DNA of 64,000 bases, taken from assembly GCA_044229975.1 (NCBI GenBank), contig JBGARZ010000002.1, positions 288,001-352,000 on the forward strand, written 5' to 3'. Shown here piece after piece: positions 55,381 to 64,000 of this stretch. Below the pieces are notes generated by a model that had not been told where the DNA came from, ran no database searches, and was given only the letters and a program-made list of their open reading frames with translations. The translations under genes and the position numbers were made by a program. Each line of letters begins with the position of its first letter. The first letter of the stretch is position 1. The stretch is from Polyangiales bacterium (GTDB taxonomy: Bacteria > Myxococcota_A > Polyangia > Polyangiales > Ga0077539).

Positions 55381-56766
55381 ATGACCGGTCGCTGCACGAT
55401 CGTCCTGGCCGCGGGCCAGGGCACCCGCATGAAGAGCTCGTTGCCCAAGGTGCTGCACCCGGTGGCAGGCGTGGCGATGGTTCACTGGTCGGTCGAGGCT
55501 GCGCTCGCCGCGGGCTCGGACACCGTCGTCCTCGTGGTGGGCCACGGGCGCGAGGCCGTCACCGCCGCCGTCACCGCGCGCTTCGGCGACCGCGTGCGCT
55601 TCGCCGTGCAGACCGAGCAGCGCGGCACCGCCGACGCCGTGCGCGCGGGCATGACCGAGGTCCCCGCCGACGCGACCGAGGTGCTCATCACGTACGGGGA
55701 CGTTCCGTGTGTCCCGGCCGAGGCGCTCAAGAAGCTCATCGAGGCGCGCAGCGGATCGCCCCTCGCGATGATCACCACCGAGGTCGCCGACCCCACCGGC
55801 TACGGTCGCATCCTGCGTGACGCCGCGGGTCGTATCCGCGCCATCCGCGAGCACAAGGACTGCTCCGCCGACGAGCGCGCCGTGCGCTGCGTCAACCCCG
55901 GCCTCTACGTCGCCGACCGCGCCTTCCTGGCGGCCTCGCTCGGTCGCATCGGCTCGACCAACGCGCAGGGCGAGTTCTACCTGACCGACCTCGTGGAGAT
56001 CGCCGCGGGCGAAGGCGGCGTGGGCGAGCTCTCGTGGGAGCCCATCGCGCTCCGCGGCGTCAACGATCGCGCCGAGCTCGCGGCCACCGAGGCGTACCTC
56101 TGGCAGCGCATCGCGGACGGCCATCGCCGCGCCGGGAGCAGCGTGGCGCAGGGCGTGTTCATCGACCGCGACGTGACCATCGAGCCCGGCGCCACCATCG
56201 GTCCGTGCGTCGTCATGCGCGGCAAGACCACCGTCGGGTCGGGCACCACCGTCGACGTCGGCTGCGTGCTCGACGACGCGAGCATCGGCCGCGACGTGCT
56301 GCTCAAGCCGTACACGCTGGTCACGCGCTGCGAGGTGCACGAGGGCGCGCAGCTCGGGCCGTTTGCGCACCTCCGACCCGACAGCGTGGTGGAGGCCGGC
56401 GCGCACGTCGGCAACTTCGTCGAGCTGAAGAAGACCCGCCTGGGCAAGGGCGCCAAGGCCAACCACCTCGCGTACCTCGGTGATGGCGTCGTGGGCCCGA
56501 AGGCCAACATCGGCGCGGGCACCATCTTCTGCAACTACGACGGCTTCCGGAAGCACACGACGACCATCGAGGAGGGGGCCTTCGTCGGCTCCAACAGCTC
56601 CATCGTCGCGCCGGTCACCATCGGCAAGAACGCCTACGTAGGCTCCGGGTCGGTGGTGACGAGGGACGTCCCCGAAGACGCGCTCGCCGTCGGGCGCGCC
56701 AAGCAGGAGAACAAGGACGGCTACGGCAAGCGGCTGCGCGAGCGCTTCGGCGCCGCCAAGCGCTGA
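55381..56766 (+). CDS. glmU: Bifunctional GlmU
   Basis: LAAGQGTRMKS..KVLH, YGRI, EFYLTD, GVND, GNFVELK, and CNYDG. Confidence 0.97.
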   Translation: MTGRCTIVLAAGQGTRMKSSLPKVLHPVAGVAMVHWSVEAALAAGSDTVVLVVGHGREAVTAAVTARFGDRVRFAVQTEQRGTADAVRAGMTEVPADATEVLITYGDVPCVPAEALKKLIEARSGSPLAMITTEVADPTGYGRILRDAAGRIRAIREHKDCSADERAVRCVNPGLYVADRAFLAASLGRIGSTNAQGEFYLTDLVEIAAGEGGVGELSWEPIALRGVNDRAELAATEAYLWQRIADGHRRAGSSVAQGVFIDRDVTIEPGATIGPCVVMRGKTTVGSGTTVDVGCVLDDASIGRDVLLKPYTLVTRCEVHEGAQLGPFAHLRPDSVVEAGAHVGNFVELKKTRLGKGAKANHLAYLGDGVVGPKANIGAGTIFCNYDGFRKHTTTIEEGAFVGSNSSIVAPVTIGKNAYVGSGSVVTRDVPEDALAVGRAKQENKDGYGKRLRERFGAAKR

Positions 56767-58313
56767 CGTCGCGCCACCAACGCCAGCAACACGCCCGCGA
56801 GCAACACGCCGCGAGCGTCTCCCGACCGCGCTCCACCCACCCGACATCCGCAGCCCTCCGTCGTTCGCCCGAAGGTGCGCGTCCCCGCGTCCGTCCCGGC
56901 GTCGATCCCCTCGCCCGCGTCGGGCGGATCGACCCCCACGTCCCTGGCAAACGATCCGACGTCACCGAGCGCTGGCGCATCGCGCGCGACGCCCCCGTCG
57001 GGCACCGGGATCACCACGCAACGACCGCTCTCGCAGCGCTCGCCGCCGGGACACCGCGCGCCCTCGCACGCGTCGACGCAGCGGCCGTCCACGCAGCTCG
57101 TCCCGCTCGCGCAGGTGACCGTCGCGCACGCCATCGCGCGGCAGCGACCATCGGTCCCGCACGCCTGCCCCGCGCCGCACCGTCGGCACTCGCAGCGCGG
57201 AACGCACAGCCCCTCGACGCACACCTGATCGCTGTCGCAGGTCACGCCCTCGCACGCATCGACGCACCGGCCCGCGCGGCACGCGAGGCCCGCCGGGCAC
57301 ACGATGCCGTCGCACGCCCCGACGCAGCGCCCGTCTTCGCAGCGCTCTCCCACGTCGCAGCTCGTGGTCTCGCAGGCCGCCTCGACGCAGGTTCCGCGCG
57401 TGGTGCAGCGCAGCCCGGGGAAGCACCCGAGCTCGCTCAGGCAGCGGTCGACGCAGCGCCCGCGGTCGCACACCTGCATCGTTCCGCAGAGCCCGTCGCC
57501 GTCGTCGACCTCGCCGTCGCAGTCGTTGTCGACGCCGTCGCAGCGCTCGGCCGACGCCGTCACCGCAGGAACACATACGAGTGAGCCCGCGCGGCACTGC
57601 AACGTCCCCGCGCCGCACGCGCCGTTCATGGACGTGTCGCAGCTCCCGCCGCTGCCGGTGCAGACGATCTCGTCGACGAGCGCGATGAAGTCCGTGAAGT
57701 TGTTGTCGCCGCCCGAGAAGAGGTCCTCCCAGGTGAAGTAGAAGGCGCGCGCGGTGACCCGGGAGTCGTAGGTCAGCAGGTGGATGTACGAGTCGGCCCC
57801 GACGTTGTCCTCGTTGTACGCGCGCTCCGAAAAGAACGAGTGCCCGCCCCGCGACAGCGACGCGCAGCAGTCGCCCGAACAGGTTCCCGACGAGCCGTCT
57901 TCGGGGGTTCGGAGGAAGAAGCCGATCTCGCCGCCGAGGTACGCGGGGTTGGTGCGGAGGTTGAGCGTGAAGCGCTCGTTGGCCATCGCCCCGCACGGGA
58001 TGAGCACCTGAAGATCGCGCGGCGGGTTGTCGCGCGAGGGCGTGACGCCGGGCCGGACGTTGTACCAGCCGAAGACATTGCGAAAGGCCGCGCTGCCCCG
58101 AGTGATGAGCGTGAACGTGAGGTTGCAGCCGGGCACGAAGCGCTCGGGGACGATGGCCGCGTCCTCGCGCACGCGGATGGCCTCACCGCGGGCGGTGAAG
58201 AGGTCTTGGAGCTGGTTGCCGACCGGGATCTGCGGGCCGCCGCGGGGCTGGTTGATGGCGTGGGCCGACGAGGCGAGGAGCAGGGACGCGAGGAAGAAGA
58301 GCGCGGCGCGCAT
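56721..58313 (-). CDS. Surface protein: DUF4114-like domain, Cys-rich repeats and MYXO-CTERM-like anchor
   Basis: GGAGG RBS and signal peptide. NVFGWYN..WEDL..DNNFTD, ERCDGVDNDCDG, CxGVxC repeats, then GCGC + TM + RR. Confidence 0.85.
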   Translation of the reverse strand: MRAALFFLASLLLASSAHAINQPRGGPQIPVGNQLQDLFTARGEAIRVREDAAIVPERFVPGCNLTFTLITRGSAAFRNVFGWYNVRPGVTPSRDNPPRDLQVLIPCGAMANERFTLNLRTNPAYLGGEIGFFLRTPEDGSSGTCSGDCCASLSRGGHSFFSERAYNEDNVGADSYIHLLTYDSRVTARAFYFTWEDLFSGGDNNFTDFIALVDEIVCTGSGGSCDTSMNGACGAGTLQCRAGSLVCVPAVTASAERCDGVDNDCDGEVDDGDGLCGTMQVCDRGRCVDRCLSELGCFPGLRCTTRGTCVEAACETTSCDVGERCEDGRCVGACDGIVCPAGLACRAGRCVDACEGVTCDSDQVCVEGLCVPRCECRRCGAGQACGTDGRCRAMACATVTCASGTSCVDGRCVDACEGARCPGGERCESGRCVVIPVPDGGVARDAPALGDVGSFARDVGVDPPDAGEGIDAGTDAGTRTFGRTTEGCGCRVGGARSGDARGVLLAGVLLALVARRQRLAAPKRSRSRLP

Positions 58314-58363
58314 GAGGGCCTCCCGGATGACTGACCGTGGGAGGTTGTACCGCGGAAGGGGAA

Positions 58364-58723
58364 TCAGGCGGCGGCAGCGCGCCCGCCGACGAGGCGCTTG
58401 AGCGCGACGACCATGGCCGGGTCGCGGCGCTCGGGCATGCGGGTGAGGCGGTCGTGCGTGATGGCGAGCTGCTCCATGACGGCCTGCGCCTTCGGGTCGC
58501 GGCGCGCTGGCACATCCAGCGACACGACCCACGCCACCAGTGCCATGGCACCGGCGTAGGCACCGTCACGGTCGGGGCGGCAGCTCGCGCGCGTGACCCA
58601 GTAGCGCTCGTCACCGCTGGCAGACTCGCGCCACATCTCCAGCGAGGCGCGGCCCCCGCTGTCCGACGGCGCCCACGTGAACAGGTACCCGGCGGCGCGG
58701 AAGGAGCGTTCGGTCTGATTCAT
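58364..58723 (-). CDS. Small hypothetical protein, paralogue of 19366..19713
   Basis: GAGG RBS and colinear similarity to the 19366..19713 product. Confidence 0.75.
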   Translation of the reverse strand: MNQTERSFRAAGYLFTWAPSDSGGRASLEMWRESASGDERYWVTRASCRPDRDGAYAGAMALVAWVVSLDVPARRDPKAQAVMEQLAITHDRLTRMPERRDPAMVVALKRLVGGRAAAA

Positions 58724-58783
58724 CGGCTGACCTCGCGTGGTGGAAGATGGTCTGGAACGTTTGGAGCTCTGGGCGAACACCAC

Positions 58784-58799
58784 AGCAAGGCGCAGGCCA
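58784..58799 (-). promoter_or_regulatory. Candidate sigma54 (-24/-12) promoter
   Basis: Minus strand TGGCCTGCGCCTTGCT fits TGGC-N7-TTGC(T) (GG-N10-GC), 60 nt upstream of the ATG at 58723. Confidence 0.5.
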
Positions 58800-59053
58800 C
58801 GAGCGGCAGCGAGGCAAGCGACCGTAAGCACTTATGAAAGTGACGATGGGAGTCGTCGAGAATTGCCGCGTGGGCCGCTTGTCGTCGCAGGCGCCATGGG
58901 GTGAGGCGATCGGTCACGCGTGCGGCACACGTGAACATCACTGCCCACATGCAGCGTTTGCAAGACGAGACGTTCAAGGTTGCAACCGTTGCGGGGCGAC
59001 CGCGTCGGGAGCGTTTGACGGGAGCACCCGGCGCGGTGCAACGCTCGCCCTCG

Positions 59054-60283
59054 ATGCGAAGGCTGGGCCTCGTCCTTGGACTGCTGCTGGGCTGTGAGCA
59101 GGCGGCCATCGGTCCGACGGTGGCGATCGATGCGGCGACCGACCTCGGCGTGCTCGTCGACGTCGCGACCAGCGTCGACCGTCCATCGGTGGCGGTCGAT
59201 GCGGGCGTCGCGGTCGATCGCCCGACCAGCGATGCCAGCGCTCGGCTCACCACGCTGCGGGTCCACTACCCCGCGGGCGCCCGTTCGCTCAGCCTGCGCG
59301 GCGACCTCACGGGCCTGTCATGGGACCGCGGTGTGCCGCTCACCCGCCTCGATGGCGACGTCTGGCAATGGACCTCCGGCGACGTCGCGCGCCCCTTCGA
59401 GTGGAAAGCCCTCCTCGATGATCGGGAGTGGTCCATCGGCATCAACTACCGCGCGACACCCGGTGCCACCTTGGACATCTATCCCCGCTTCATGGCCCGC
59501 TCGGGCCGCTGGTCGCGCTCGGTCGCGCGCTTCCACTCCAACCTCCTCAACAACGATCGCGGGCTCTGGGTCTACCTGCCGCCCAGCTACGACGAAAACC
59601 CCTTGGCCCGCTTCCCCGTCGTCTACATGCACGACGGTCAAAACCTCTTCGACCCCTCCGCGGCCTTCGGTGGTCAGGCCTGGAACACCCAGGACGCCCT
59701 CAACGTCGGCGCCGAGAGCGGCGCCATCCGCGAGGCCATCGTCATCGGCGTCGAGAACACCAACGCCCGCATCGACGAGTACACCCCGACGCGCGACGCG
59801 GGTCGCATGGCGGGCGGCCGCGGCGAGCTCTACCTCCGCATGCTCGTCGAGGAGGTGAAGCCCATGGTCGACCGCACCTGGCGCACGCTGCCCGGTCGAG
59901 CGGACACCGTGCTCGTGGGCTCGTCGCTCGGCGGGCTCATCTCGCTCTACGCGGGCGTTCATCGCGGCGAGGTCTTCGGCCACATCGGGGCGCTCTCGCC
60001 GTCGACGTGGTGGGACAACCGGATGATTCTCGGTGAGGTCGCCACGCTCGCGGGTAGCACCTCGCGACCGCTGCGGGTGTACGTCGACAGCGGTGATGCG
60101 GGCTCCAGCAACGACGGCGTGGCGGACACCGCGATGCTGGCCGACGCGCTGCGGACGGCGGGCTACCGCGACGGCGTCGACCTGCGCTACCTGGTGCAGC
60201 GCGGGGCCGAGCACAACGAGTCGTGGTGGGCGCAGCGCCTGCCGGGCGCGCTGGCGTTTCTGCTCGGGCCGCGCGACCCCTAG
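59054..60283 (+). CDS. Lipoprotein esterase (Fes/IroE-like alpha/beta hydrolase) with a CBM20-like domain
   Basis: LLG-C lipobox, LRG..LSW..FEWK, VYLPPSY..PVVYMHDGQN, GSSLGG, and HNE..W. Confidence 0.88.
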   Translation: MRRLGLVLGLLLGCEQAAIGPTVAIDAATDLGVLVDVATSVDRPSVAVDAGVAVDRPTSDASARLTTLRVHYPAGARSLSLRGDLTGLSWDRGVPLTRLDGDVWQWTSGDVARPFEWKALLDDREWSIGINYRATPGATLDIYPRFMARSGRWSRSVARFHSNLLNNDRGLWVYLPPSYDENPLARFPVVYMHDGQNLFDPSAAFGGQAWNTQDALNVGAESGAIREAIVIGVENTNARIDEYTPTRDAGRMAGGRGELYLRMLVEEVKPMVDRTWRTLPGRADTVLVGSSLGGLISLYAGVHRGEVFGHIGALSPSTWWDNRMILGEVATLAGSTSRPLRVYVDSGDAGSSNDGVADTAMLADALRTAGYRDGVDLRYLVQRGAEHNESWWAQRLPGALAFLLGPRDP

Positions 60284-60293
60284 CGGGCGCTCG

Positions 60294-61316
60294 TCAGGGG
60301 ACGAGGAGGACCTTGCCGACGTTCTTGCGGTCGTGGATGCGCTGGTGCGCCTTGGGCGCCTCGTCGAAGGAGAAGGTCGAGTCGATGACGGGCTTGATCG
60401 CCCCTTCGCGATAGAGCCGGAGGAGCTCGTCGAGCTGCTTCAGGAGGATCGCCGACTCGTTCCAGAGGTGCCCCATGTTGACGCCGAGGATGCCGCGGTT
60501 GTCGTTCATGAGGTTGAGCGGGAAGAGGTCGATGAGGGGCATCTGGAAGAAGCCCTTCACCATCGAGAAGAGGTCGCGCTTGCCGTCGGGCGCGAGCGAC
60601 GCCGCGCCGAAGGAGAAGAGACGACCCGTCGGAGCGAGCACGCGGAAGCTCTTCTTCAGCGAGTCGCCGCCCTGCGCGTCGAGCGCGATCTCCACGCCGC
60701 GCCCGTTGGTGATGCGCTTCACCTCGGTGGAGAAATCCTGCGTGTGATAGTCGATGGCGTGGTCGAGCCCGGCGGCCTTCAGGTACGCGTGCTTCGACGC
60801 AGACGCGGTGCCGATGGTGGTCGCCCCGACGTGCTTGCAGAGCTGGAGCGCGGCGAGGCCGACCCCGCCCGCGGCGGCGTGGATGAGCACGGTGTCGCCC
60901 TTCTTCACGTTGCCCAGGTGCACCAGCATGTGGTGCGCGGTGAAGTAGACGACGGGCAGTCCGGCGCCCTCCTCGAAGGACATCTCCGCGGGCATCTCGA
61001 TGGCGAACTCGTTCTTCGCGCAGACGGTGTCGCTGTATCCGCCGAAGCGCACCGCGGCGAGCACGCGCTGCCCGACGCGCGATGCGTCGACGCCCTCACC
61101 AACGGCGTCGATGATGCCCGCGACCTCGTAGCCCACGACCATCGGAGGCGGCGGCGCGTCGGGGTAGATGCCGATGCGGGCCATGAGGTCGGCGAAGTTG
61201 ATGCCGCTCGCCTTCACGCGAACGCGCACCTCCCCGGCCGCGGGCGTGGGGTCGGGCGCCTCGCGCAAGACGAGAACGTCGGGGTCGCCGTGTCGGGTAA
61301 TCCAGATCTGCTTCAT
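60294..61316 (-). CDS. MDR-family NADPH:quinone oxidoreductase (VAT-1-like)
   Basis: GINFAD..G.YP, HAAAGGVG, and KNVGKVLL. Confidence 0.9.
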   Translation of the reverse strand: MKQIWITRHGDPDVLVLREAPDPTPAAGEVRVRVKASGINFADLMARIGIYPDAPPPPMVVGYEVAGIIDAVGEGVDASRVGQRVLAAVRFGGYSDTVCAKNEFAIEMPAEMSFEEGAGLPVVYFTAHHMLVHLGNVKKGDTVLIHAAAGGVGLAALQLCKHVGATTIGTASASKHAYLKAAGLDHAIDYHTQDFSTEVKRITNGRGVEIALDAQGGDSLKKSFRVLAPTGRLFSFGAASLAPDGKRDLFSMVKGFFQMPLIDLFPLNLMNDNRGILGVNMGHLWNESAILLKQLDELLRLYREGAIKPVIDSTFSFDEAPKAHQRIHDRKNVGKVLLVP

Positions 61317-61356
61317 GGCGGGCGCAGCGCTACCACGCGCCCGGGCGGGGTGTCGA

Positions 61357-62820
61357 TCAGCGGCGGGGGACGAGGCCGCGCAGCAGTGTGTCGATGGCGG
61401 GGCCGAACGGGGGGCGCAGGAGAAACGATCCGTTGACGCGTCGCTGATGGAAGACGGGCTTCATCCTCGACATGGTCTCGAAGCCCTCGCGACCGTGGTA
61501 GGCGCCCATGCCGCTCGGGCCGACGCCGCCGAACGGAAGGTCTTCCTGGGCGAAGTGGATCATCGTCTCGTTGACCGCGACGCCGCCCGACACGGTGCGA
61601 TCGATCACGGCCTGCACGGCGGCGCTGTCGTCGCCGAAGGGGTAGAGCGCGAGCGGTCGCGGGCGGTCGTTGATGTACGCGATGGCGTCGTCGAGCGTGT
61701 CGTAGGGGACCACCGGGAGCAGCGGCCCGAAGATCTCCTCGTGCATCACCTCCATGCTGTCGTCGACGTCGACGAGCAGCACCGGCCCGAGCTTGCGGCC
61801 GCCCTCGAAGGACTCCCCCGCCGCGAGCTCGATGACGGTGGCGCCGCGGGCGCGGGCGTCGTCGATGAGCGCGCGGAGGCGGGCGTGGTGGTGATCGTTG
61901 ACGATGGAGGTGTAGTCCGCGTTGTTGGCGAAGGTGGGATAGAGCTTCGCGGCGACGGCGCGGCACTCGGCCACGAAGGCGTCGCGCTCACCGCGCTGCA
62001 CCAGCGCGTAGTCGGGCGCGATGCAGGTCTGGCCCGCGTTGAAGAGCTTGCCGCCGATGAGGCTCGGGACGAGGCGCGACAACGGCGCACCGGGCGTGAA
62101 GACGGCGGGCGACTTGCCACCGAGCTCCAGCACGACGGGGGTGAGGTTCTCCGCGGCGGCGCGCATGATGTGCTTGCCGACGCGCGTGGAGCCCGTGAAG
62201 AAGAGGAGATCGAAGGGGAGCGCGGAGAAGTTCGCCGAGAGCTTCGGGCCGCCCTGAACGACCGCCACCTGCTCCGGGGGGAAGCACTCGCGGACGATGT
62301 CGGCGATGAGCGCGCTGATGCGGGGGACGAACTCCGAGGGCTTGAGCATCACGCGGTTGCCCGCCGCGAGGGCGTAGACGAGCGGGGCGCCGAGGAGCTG
62401 GAAGGGGTAGTTCCAGGGGCCGATGATGCCGACGACGCCGAGGGGCTGCGGGACGATCTCGGCGCGCCCCGGCTGGAAGAGCCAGCGCACGGGGCGGGGC
62501 GAGACGTTCATCCAGTCGGCTAGGTGCTCGCGCGTGTGCTGGATGGACTGGAGCGTGACGAAGAGCTCGGCGATGAGGGTCTCGTGCCGCGAGCGATGAC
62601 CGAAGTCCTCGGCGATGGCGCGGATGATGTCCTCCTGACGGCGGAGCATCACGTCGGCGAGGCGCTGGAGGTCGCCCATGCGCTCGTCATAGGTGCGGGC
62701 CTTCCCGCGGCGGGACGCGCGGTGCATCGGATCGAAGATCGCGCGCAGGTCGGCGGCGGTGGGCTCCGGCGCTTCGACGGGGCGGGGCGGGGTCGGGTCG
62801 AGGGAGACGTCGGTGCTCAT
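61357..62820 (-). CDS. Aldehyde dehydrogenase (coniferyl-aldehyde dehydrogenase/ALDH3-like)
   Basis: PWNYP, KPSE, FTGST, LELGGKSP, NAGQTCIAPDY, EEIFGP, and GMGAYHG. Confidence 0.92.
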   Translation of the reverse strand: MSTDVSLDPTPPRPVEAPEPTAADLRAIFDPMHRASRRGKARTYDERMGDLQRLADVMLRRQEDIIRAIAEDFGHRSRHETLIAELFVTLQSIQHTREHLADWMNVSPRPVRWLFQPGRAEIVPQPLGVVGIIGPWNYPFQLLGAPLVYALAAGNRVMLKPSEFVPRISALIADIVRECFPPEQVAVVQGGPKLSANFSALPFDLLFFTGSTRVGKHIMRAAAENLTPVVLELGGKSPAVFTPGAPLSRLVPSLIGGKLFNAGQTCIAPDYALVQRGERDAFVAECRAVAAKLYPTFANNADYTSIVNDHHHARLRALIDDARARGATVIELAAGESFEGGRKLGPVLLVDVDDSMEVMHEEIFGPLLPVVPYDTLDDAIAYINDRPRPLALYPFGDDSAAVQAVIDRTVSGGVAVNETMIHFAQEDLPFGGVGPSGMGAYHGREGFETMSRMKPVFHQRRVNGSFLLRPPFGPAIDTLLRGLVPRR

Positions 62821-62836
62821 GGTCTCGCTCCGGGTC

Positions 62837-63316
62837 TCAGCCGAGCGCGGCGTTGATGGCGGAGCGCAGCTCCTGCGACTCGGGCGAGGCGCCCGACCCG
62901 AAGCGCCCGACGATGGCGCCGTCACGACCGATGAGGAACTTCTCGAAGTTCCACTTCACGTCGCCCGGCGGGGTCGAGGCGGTGGTGAGCCATTGGTAGA
63001 GCGGGTGCTGCCCGGGGCCCTTCACCACGATCTTCGACGCCATGGGGAAGGTGACGTTGTAGTTGGTCTCGCAGAAGGTCTTGATCTCCGCGTCGGTGCC
63101 GGGCTCCTGCGCGCCGAACTCGTTGGCGGGCACGCCGAGCACCATCAACCCGCGGCCCTCCAGCTCCTTGTAGAGGCCCTGGAGCCCCTTGTACTGCGGG
63201 GTGTATCCGCAGCGGCTCGCCACGTTGACCAGCAGGACGACCTTGCCCTTGAGGTCGCTCAGCGCGTGCTCGACGCCGTTGATGTCGGTCAGCTTGAAGT
63301 CATGGAGCGTCGTCAT
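62837..63316 (-). CDS. Glutathione peroxidase (Cys type)
   Basis: NVASRCGYTPQY, P.N.FG.QEPG, and WNFEKFL. AGGAG RBS. Confidence 0.95.
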   Translation of the reverse strand: MTTLHDFKLTDINGVEHALSDLKGKVVLLVNVASRCGYTPQYKGLQGLYKELEGRGLMVLGVPANEFGAQEPGTDAEIKTFCETNYNVTFPMASKIVVKGPGQHPLYQWLTTASTPPGDVKWNFEKFLIGRDGAIVGRFGSGASPESQELRSAINAALG

Positions 63317-63395
63317 GGTGGGGTTGATCTCCTGCGGTGGTTGCGAGCGATCGAAGCGCGGCGCGCATCGGCGCCGTCTCAGGGCTACTGACGCC

Positions 63396-63998
63396 TCAGC
63401 GGGCGATCGTCCAGAGGGTGGGATACCTGGTCGCCGTGAAGCCGAACGCAAAGGGGCGCTCGTCGGTGCTGGCGGCGATGCACGGCCCGCCCGAGGCGTC
63501 GGTGACGCGCACCATGCGCCCGCCAGCGCAGGGCACGGCCGCGAGCTGTGACGGGTCGAAGGGCGCCACGCGCCACGAGGGGTCGGCGAAGAGCTCGCCG
63601 AAGAGCTCGCGCTGCCCCTCTTCGATCTCGGCCTCGGGGACGTCGAGGGCACGCGCGAGCTCGCGGGTCTTGAGCGCCGTGAGCGACATGATGGCGTTGA
63701 GCTGACGGCCGACCAGCGCCGCGTGGACCTCCTGCGCGAGCCCGACCAGCGCACGCGCATCGGCCTCACCCGGGGGCGTCGCGGGAGCGTCCTGCCAGGC
63801 CCAGCGGCCGTACGCGCGCTCGGCCGGGACCGTGAACTGCCGCTCCCACACGCTGGTGAGCGTTCCGGGCTCGACGGGCATCAGCCCTTCGTCCCAGCGA
63901 AAGCTCGCGAGCACGCCTGCGGGGCCGGGATCAGTACCGTGCTCGCCCGCAATGAGCTTCACGGTGACGCCGCGCGCCCCACCGATCGCCTTGCCCTC
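63396..63998 (-). CDS. Hypothetical protein, 3' part (5' end outside the window)
   Basis: The frame is open to the window edge and has GC3-rich codons. No family recognised. Confidence 0.6.
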   Translation of the reverse strand, partial: EGKAIGGARGVTVKLIAGEHGTDPGPAGVLASFRWDEGLMPVEPGTLTSVWERQFTVPAERAYGRWAWQDAPATPPGEADARALVGLAQEVHAALVGRQLNAIMSLTALKTRELARALDVPEAEIEEGQRELFGELFADPSWRVAPFDPSQLAAVPCAGGRMVRVTDASGGPCIAASTDERPFAFGFTATRYPTLWTIAR

Positions 63999-64000
63999 AT

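Noticed and set aside
62837..63316. Selenocysteine in the glutathione peroxidase
   Set aside because: The active-site codon is TGC (Cys) and there is no in-frame TGA.
1..64000. Mobile elements, prophage, tRNA or rRNA
   Set aside because: No transposase, integrase or phage motifs, no cloverleaf or rRNA-like sequence, and no obvious compositional island were seen by eye.

Overview
This is a high-GC, gene-dense chromosomal window. Its gene content points to Myxococcota (Polyangiales-like): a TIGR04551-type porin, MYXO-CTERM-like anchored proteins, a TonB-fused TonB-dependent receptor, eukaryote-like Ser/Thr kinases and Asp/Gly-rich lipoprotein linkers. It holds about 56 genes. Many are housekeeping (rnj, radA, recQ, asd, pnp, rpsO, ppiD-like, trxA, dut, rnc, fbp, nadD, glmU), alongside a wbpE/wbpB/wbpD-like amino-sugar cluster, redox enzymes and many envelope proteins. 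I found no tRNA, rRNA, CRISPR array, transposase or prophage. Most noteworthy: (1) two unannotated ~115-aa paralogues 39 kb apart (about 42% identical by hand alignment), both ending in Ala-Ala; (2) a Tudor/SH3-like protein with a disordered tail carrying eight NPF motifs, divergent from an orphan McrB-type GTPase that has no adjacent nuclease; (3) a frameshifted, truncated SUFU-like gene; (4) a DHH-like protein with apparently permuted motif order, translationally coupled to a GT-C-like membrane protein; (5) a pseudokinase, an HPD-less J-domain protein and a kinase fused to a solute-binding-like domain; (6) a 52-aa rubredoxin missing from the ORF track. All family assignments come from recognising motifs by eye, not from database searches.
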